From the NCBI GenBank assembly GCA_016711265.1, contig JADJTI010000004.1, positions 102,165 through 166,164 of the forward strand: DNA of 64,000 bases, in the 5' to 3' direction. The DNA comes from Austwickia sp. (lineage in GTDB: Bacteria > Actinomycetota > Actinomycetes > Actinomycetales > Dermatophilaceae). The notes below the pieces were generated by a model that was not told the DNA's origin, did no database searches, and was given only the letters and a program-made list of their open reading frames with translations. This document shows positions 59,842-64,000 of the stretch, one piece after another. Each line of letters opens with the position of its first letter. Positions within the stretch are counted from its first letter, which is position 1. The position numbers and the translations under genes are program-made.

Positions 59842-60722
59842 CAGCGTGATCCTGGGTCGAGTGCGCCGCCGGGCTGGGCGCCGGTGTGACGGACCGCGTC
59901 AGCTCCGGCGACCAGCGCCGCGTCAAGGGCCTCCTCCCGGTCGAACCCCTGGGCCAGCATGGCCGCCAGCACCCCGCAGAACGCGTCCCCGGCGCCGGTC
60001 GTGTCGACGACCAGGTGCTCGGGCAGCTGTGGGCCCACCCGGTGCACCCCATCCCACGACGCCCCGGCAGCGCCCAGCGTCACGACCAGCGACTGCGGGG
60101 CGGCCGATGCCAGGTCGGCGAGCTGGAGTGCCTCGATCTCGTTGACCACCACCACGTCTACCGCGGCCAGCGACTGCGGTGACAGGTCGGCGTACGGCGA
60201 CAGGTTGAGCACGATCTGCAGGTCCCGTTCGGCGGCCGCCAGGATGGCCGCCTCGACCAGGCCCGGACCGATCTCCAGCTGGAAGAGCACCACGTCACCC
60301 GGGGCCAGCGCCTCCAGGGCCTCGGTCACCAGGATCGAACTGAGCCCGTGGTTGGCCCCCGGCAGGACCACGATCAGGTTGTCGGCCTCGCCCTCGTGGG
60401 CCACCACGACCACCGCCTGGCCCGTGGCCCGGTGCGGATCCACCATCAGGAACCGGGTGTCGATGCCCAGTGCGTCAAGTCGCCGACGGTAGGCCCGGCC
60501 GTGATCGTCGTCGCCGACAGCACCCGCTAGCAGCACCTGCACCCCGGTCCCCCGGGCCGCCACCGCCTGGTTAGCCCCCTTGCCGCCGGGGCACACCTGG
60601 GAGCCGATCGCGACGACGGTCTCCCCGGGGCGCGGCAGATTCCGGACCCCCGCGATCACGTCGACATTGAGCGACCCGACGACGAGCACGCGGGCCGGTG
60701 GACGTGCCGCTGGGACCGACAT
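59841..60722 (-). CDS. PfkB-family carbohydrate kinase (ribokinase-like)
   Basis: 293 aa. ...VLVVGSLNVDVIAGVRNLPRPGETV...GGKGANQAVAA... and the C-terminal ...DTTGAGDAFCGVLAAMLAQG are present. Its stop overlaps the menD start by 1 nt. Confidence 0.8.
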   Translation of the reverse strand: MSVPAARPPARVLVVGSLNVDVIAGVRNLPRPGETVVAIGSQVCPGGKGANQAVAARGTGVQVLLAGAVGDDDHGRAYRRRLDALGIDTRFLMVDPHRATGQAVVVVAHEGEADNLIVVLPGANHGLSSILVTEALEALAPGDVVLFQLEIGPGLVEAAILAAAERDLQIVLNLSPYADLSPQSLAAVDVVVVNEIEALQLADLASAAPQSLVVTLGAAGASWDGVHRVGPQLPEHLVVDTTGAGDAFCGVLAAMLAQGFDREEALDAALVAGADAVRHTGAQPGGALDPGSR

Positions 60723-60773
60723 GCATCGATCCTGCCACGGGCCACCGACAACGCCGCAGCGTCAGTCAGACCG

Positions 60774-61757
60774 TCAGCTCACCCCGGTGCGCAAGGCCGC
60801 GACCAGGTACGCCGCGTACGCCGCCAGCAGCCCGACGCCGACCGGCCGGGGCCGGGACAGCGCGAACCGGGACAACAGGGCCAGGGGCAACACGGTCGCG
60901 ATGATCGCGACCCAGCGCAGGTCCGGTGTGGTCAGCGGCGCCACCACGGCGGCCAGCCCGAGGGTGAGGGTGGCGTTGTAGATCACCGAGCCCAGGACGC
61001 CACCCACGGCCACCGCGGTGAGCTGCCGTCGCCGCCCGGCGGCCACCAGCGCCAGCACCTCGATCGAGGTGGCGAACGCCAGCGCGGTCAAGCCGGTGGC
61101 TTGCTGGCCGAGCCCAGAACGTTCGGCCAGCCCCGCGGCCCCCCGGACGGCCAACGCACCGCCGGTCACCATCGCGGCCAGGCCGAGCGCCACCATCAGC
61201 AGGGTGCGGCCACTGGACTTCTCGACATCGTGATCGTCGTCGTCTTCGTCGTCGTTCTCGGCAAGTTCACCGAAGGCCGGCGGACGACGCTGTGTGCGCC
61301 AAATGAACGCCACAAGTGCGACGTACGCCGTCACCAGGGCGAGCGCCTCACCGCGACCCAGGTAGCCGTCGTACAGGGCCAGCAAGGCGAGCACCCCGCA
61401 GCCGGCGGCCGCCACGGCGTACCCGCGGAGCGTGCTGACCTGGGCCGCGCCGCCGGCCGCCCAGGTGCCCGCACCGGAGGTCGCCACCAGCGCCAGACCC
61501 AGACCCAGCGCCGTCATCGTGACGTTGGCGCCCAGGGCGTCGGTCGCCGCCAGTACCGGGTTGCCCGTGCCGCTGGCGATCAGCGCGGTGACCATCTCCT
61601 CAGGCTCGGCCCCGGCCAGCAGCAGCCCCATGGCGATCACCGGCAGCCGCCAGGCGCGCGCGAGCGCCGCGATGTGCTCCATGAACTCCTCGGCGCCCCA
61701 GAGCAGCAACCCGGCCCCGGCGGTCAAAACCAGCGTGGGGATCACCCAGTGGCTCAC
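60774..61757 (-). CDS. CaCA-family sodium/calcium (cation) exchanger membrane protein
   Basis: The GTG at 61757 overlaps the tsaD stop as GTGA. Two alpha-repeat-like regions are present (...[18 protein letters not shown]... and ...[16 protein letters not shown]...), separated by an acidic loop ([11 protein letters not shown]). Confidence 0.7.
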   Translation of the reverse strand: MSHWVIPTLVLTAGAGLLLWGAEEFMEHIAALARAWRLPVIAMGLLLAGAEPEEMVTALIASGTGNPVLAATDALGANVTMTALGLGLALVATSGAGTWAAGGAAQVSTLRGYAVAAAGCGVLALLALYDGYLGRGEALALVTAYVALVAFIWRTQRRPPAFGELAENDDEDDDDHDVEKSSGRTLLMVALGLAAMVTGGALAVRGAAGLAERSGLGQQATGLTALAFATSIEVLALVAAGRRRQLTAVAVGGVLGSVIYNATLTLGLAAVVAPLTTPDLRWVAIIATVLPLALLSRFALSRPRPVGVGLLAAYAAYLVAALRTGVS

Positions 61758-62845
61758 GGCGCGGTGCGCCCGGCACTCGCGGAGTCCACCTGGGTGACCG
61801 GCATCGAGGAGTCGGCTGGTAGGTCCAGCGGCGAGGGGTCGATCCCGGCCGCCACGAGGTGGGCCCCCAGCGCGGCGACCATCGCGCCGTTGTCGGTACA
61901 CAGGCCGGGCCGGGGAACCCGCAGCCGGATGCCGGCGTCCTCGCAGCGCTGGGCCGCCAGCGCCCGCAAGCGGGAGTTCGCGGCCACGCCCCCGCCGATC
62001 AGCAGGTCCGGCACGCCCTGCTCGCGGCAGGCCAGGATCGCCTTGCGGGTCAGCACGTCGGTCACCGCCTCCTGGAAGGAGGCCGCCACGTCCGCGACCG
62101 GCACCCGCTCACCGCGCGCGGTCGTGGCCTCCACCCAGCGCGCCACCGCCGTCTTCAGGCCCGAGAAGGAGAAGTCGAAGCGGTGCCTTTCCATGTCGCG
62201 GCCACTGGTCAGGCCGCGGGGGAAGGTGACATGGGCGGGGTCGCCGTCGACCGCGATCCGGTCCACGTGGGGGCCGCCCGGGAAGGGCAGCCCGAGCAGG
62301 CGCGCCACCTTGTCGAAGGCCTCCCCGGCGGCGTCGTCGATGGTCGACCCCAGCGGCCTGATGTCGCGGGCCACGTCCGGTACCAGCAGCAGCGAGGAAT
62401 GGCCGCCCGAGACCAGCAGGGCGATCGTCGGCTGGGGTAGCGGGCCGTGCTCGAGGACATCGACGGCCACGTGTCCGGCGAGGTGATTGACGCCGTACAG
62501 GGGCTTGTCCAGGGCGACCGCCAACGCCTTGGCCGCGGCAACCCCGACGAACAGCGCTCCGGCCAGGCCTGGCCCCGCGGTGACGGCGATCGCGTCGATC
62601 TCGGCCAGGGTGACCCCTGCCTGGTCACAGGCCCGCCGCAGGGTCGGTACGAGCGCTTCCAGGTGGGCCCGCGAGGCCACCTCGGGGACCACCCCGCCGT
62701 ACCGGGCGTGGGCCTCGACGCTGCTGGCGATGGCGTCGACGAGCAGGGTGGTACCCCGCACCATCCCGACGCCGGTCTCGTCGCAGGAGGTCTCGATGCC
62801 CAGCACCAGGGGCTCGGGGCTGCGCAGGCCGCGCGCGGGGGTCAT
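61754..62845 (-). CDS. tsaD: tRNA N6-adenosine threonylcarbamoyltransferase TsaD
   Basis: The internal ATG at 62845 overlaps the rimI stop as ATGA. ...[16 protein letters not shown]..., ...GVNHLAGHV... and ...[10 protein letters not shown]... are present. Confidence 0.92.
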   Translation of the reverse strand: MTPARGLRSPEPLVLGIETSCDETGVGMVRGTTLLVDAIASSVEAHARYGGVVPEVASRAHLEALVPTLRRACDQAGVTLAEIDAIAVTAGPGLAGALFVGVAAAKALAVALDKPLYGVNHLAGHVAVDVLEHGPLPQPTIALLVSGGHSSLLLVPDVARDIRPLGSTIDDAAGEAFDKVARLLGLPFPGGPHVDRIAVDGDPAHVTFPRGLTSGRDMERHRFDFSFSGLKTAVARWVEATTARGERVPVADVAASFQEAVTDVLTRKAILACREQGVPDLLIGGGVAANSRLRALAAQRCEDAGIRLRVPRPGLCTDNGAMVAALGAHLVAAGIDPSPLDLPADSSMPVTQVDSASAGRTAP

Positions 62846-63375
62846 GGCGCGGCCTGGGCGAGCGGGGCCGCGGCGGGCCGGGTTGTCGGTACGCCGTCGG
62901 CGGGGGTCAGCCGGCGGCGCATCACCAGGGCGTCCACGCCGTCGGGCTGGTAGTACCGCCGGCGCACCGAGATCTGGCCGAATCCCTTGGCCTCGTAGAG
63001 GGCCCGCGCCGCGGCGTTGTCGGCCCGCACCTCCAGCATCAACGCCTCCGCTCCCGCCAGCGCCGCCTGCTCGATGAGCCAGCGCATCAGCTGCCGCCCG
63101 TGGCCCCCGCCCTGCGCCTGGGGGTGGACGGCGATGGTCATCACGTCCGCGAGCGGCCGGGACCGGGCCAGGCCGGCGTACCCGAGGAGGGGCACATCGG
63201 TCACCTCGCCACGGTCCGCACCTGCCTCCAGGACGGCGTACGCCGTGTGCGGCCGGGCCGCGAGCTCCGACCACCAGCTCGCCGGCGACCAGGCGTCCGT
63301 GCCGAACAGGCGCCGCTCCAGGTCGTCCACCGCGTCGATGTCCTGCCAGCGCATCGGGCGCAGCCGGGCGGTCAT
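62842..63375 (-). CDS. rimI: Ribosomal-protein-alanine N-acetyltransferase (GNAT)
   Basis: 177 aa. The GNAT core is present (...[27 protein letters not shown]...[19 protein letters not shown]). It lies between tsaB and tsaD. Confidence 0.85.
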   Translation of the reverse strand: MTARLRPMRWQDIDAVDDLERRLFGTDAWSPASWWSELAARPHTAYAVLEAGADRGEVTDVPLLGYAGLARSRPLADVMTIAVHPQAQGGGHGRQLMRWLIEQAALAGAEALMLEVRADNAAARALYEAKGFGQISVRRRYYQPDGVDALVMRRRLTPADGVPTTRPAAAPLAQAAP

Positions 63376-64000
63376 CCGGGCAGGCCTAGGTCGTCGGCAG
63401 CGTCGGCGGCGTACTCCGGCAGCGGACGCGCGTCGGGTCGGCGCAGGTACAGCGGCACGGGTGGCGGCAGCTGGCCCCGCGCCGCGAGCACCCGGACCGC
63501 CAGTCCTGCCAGGTCAGCGGCGTCAACGTCCAGGACATCCCACGCCGGTCCGAACGCCGCTGGGTACAGCAACCCCCCGCGACCGGCCACCGGCAGCTCG
63601 GCCAACGGGCCCGGCAGATCCCCGGGTCGACTGACGTGCGGTCCGCTGACCCGGGCGTACCCGCTCCCGATGGGCCCTTCTTCGCGCCGGTATCGGGCCC
63701 AGTAGACCTCTTTGCGACGGGCGTCCGTGGCGACGACGAACTCATCCGGCGGCCAGAGTGCCTGGTCGGCGGCCGCGTCCTGGCCCACGCGCTCGGCCAG
63801 GGCGTCGAGGCTGCACAGGCCACCCACCGGCGCCCCCACGGCGTACCCGAAGGCAATGGCCGTCATTAGACCGACCCGCAGCCCCGTGAACGGACCCGGG
63901 CCGGTGCCGCCCACCACGTGAGTGATCCGGTACGGCGGGAGCTCCAGTCGCGCGAGCACTCGGGCCACCGCCGGGGCAAGGTGTTCGGCGTGACCGCGGG
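63372..64000 (-). CDS. tsaB: tRNA threonylcarbamoyladenosine biosynthesis protein TsaB (5' end outside the window)
   Basis: ...[41 protein letters not shown].... The frame stays open to the window edge (upstream reads ...[15 protein letters not shown]), so the gene is partial. Confidence 0.85.
   Translation of the reverse strand, partial: RGHAEHLAPAVARVLARLELPPYRITHVVGGTGPGPFTGLRVGLMTAIAFGYAVGAPVGGLCSLDALAERVGQDAAADQALWPPDEFVVATDARRKEVYWARYRREEGPIGSGYARVSGPHVSRPGDLPGPLAELPVAGRGGLLYPAAFGPAWDVLDVDAADLAGLAVRVLAARGQLPPPVPLYLRRPDARPLPEYAADAADDLGLPG

Overview
This 64-kb window is a high-G+C (about 70% by eye) Actinomycetota-type chromosome segment, transcribed almost entirely from the minus strand. 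Many neighbouring genes overlap by 1-4 nt (ATGA/GTGA).

Gene content in order:
- Ribosomal and transcription cluster: rplJ, rplA, rplK, nusG, secE, tRNA-Trp.
- add and murB.
- A hadAB-like dehydratase pair, rpmG, tRNA-Met and tRNA-Thr.
- A five-gene coupled operon: bioY, acyl-CoA ligase, thiolase, bioM, bioN.
- pntAB.
- A rhodanese-like gene, an MFS transporter, malic enzyme, an enoyl-CoA hydratase and a BtuF-like binding protein.
- A decayed, low-G+C accessory segment of about 5.7 kb that ends at an intact tRNA-Tyr. It holds an orphan 99-codon ORF, a ~590-bp near-homopolymeric G tract plus an A12 run, a VOC protein, a twice-frameshifted pirin gene, an IS3-family element, a tRNA-Tyr 3' fragment and mrr.
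- yajQ.
- A Mop/TOBE-type regulator with a MOT1-like transporter.
- An orphan polytopic histidine kinase.
- A nuoB/nuoC/nuoI-like triad followed by htpX.
- rarD, a tetR gene and a polyprenyl synthase.
- A complete nuoA-N operon.
- A menJ-like gene, menF, a degenerate menF 3' fragment, a low-G+C islet with a secreted protein, and menD.
- A pfkB kinase, a CaCA exchanger, then tsaD, rimI and tsaB (tsaB is cut by the window end).

I saw no rRNA and no CRISPR array.

The most interesting items:
1. The D-less NuoB/C/I-like module coupled to htpX.
2. The CoA ligase and thiolase embedded in the biotin ECF transporter operon.
3. The poly-G tract and its decayed surroundings. I think the tract is probably an assembly or sequencing artefact, but it needs read-level checking.
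4. The tRNA-Tyr-bracketed mrr islet.

All calls rest on my own reading of the translated ORFs, motifs and gene order. No database search was run. Start codons that differ from the ORF track are inferred from neighbouring stop codons, RBS-like sequence and family-typical N-termini.
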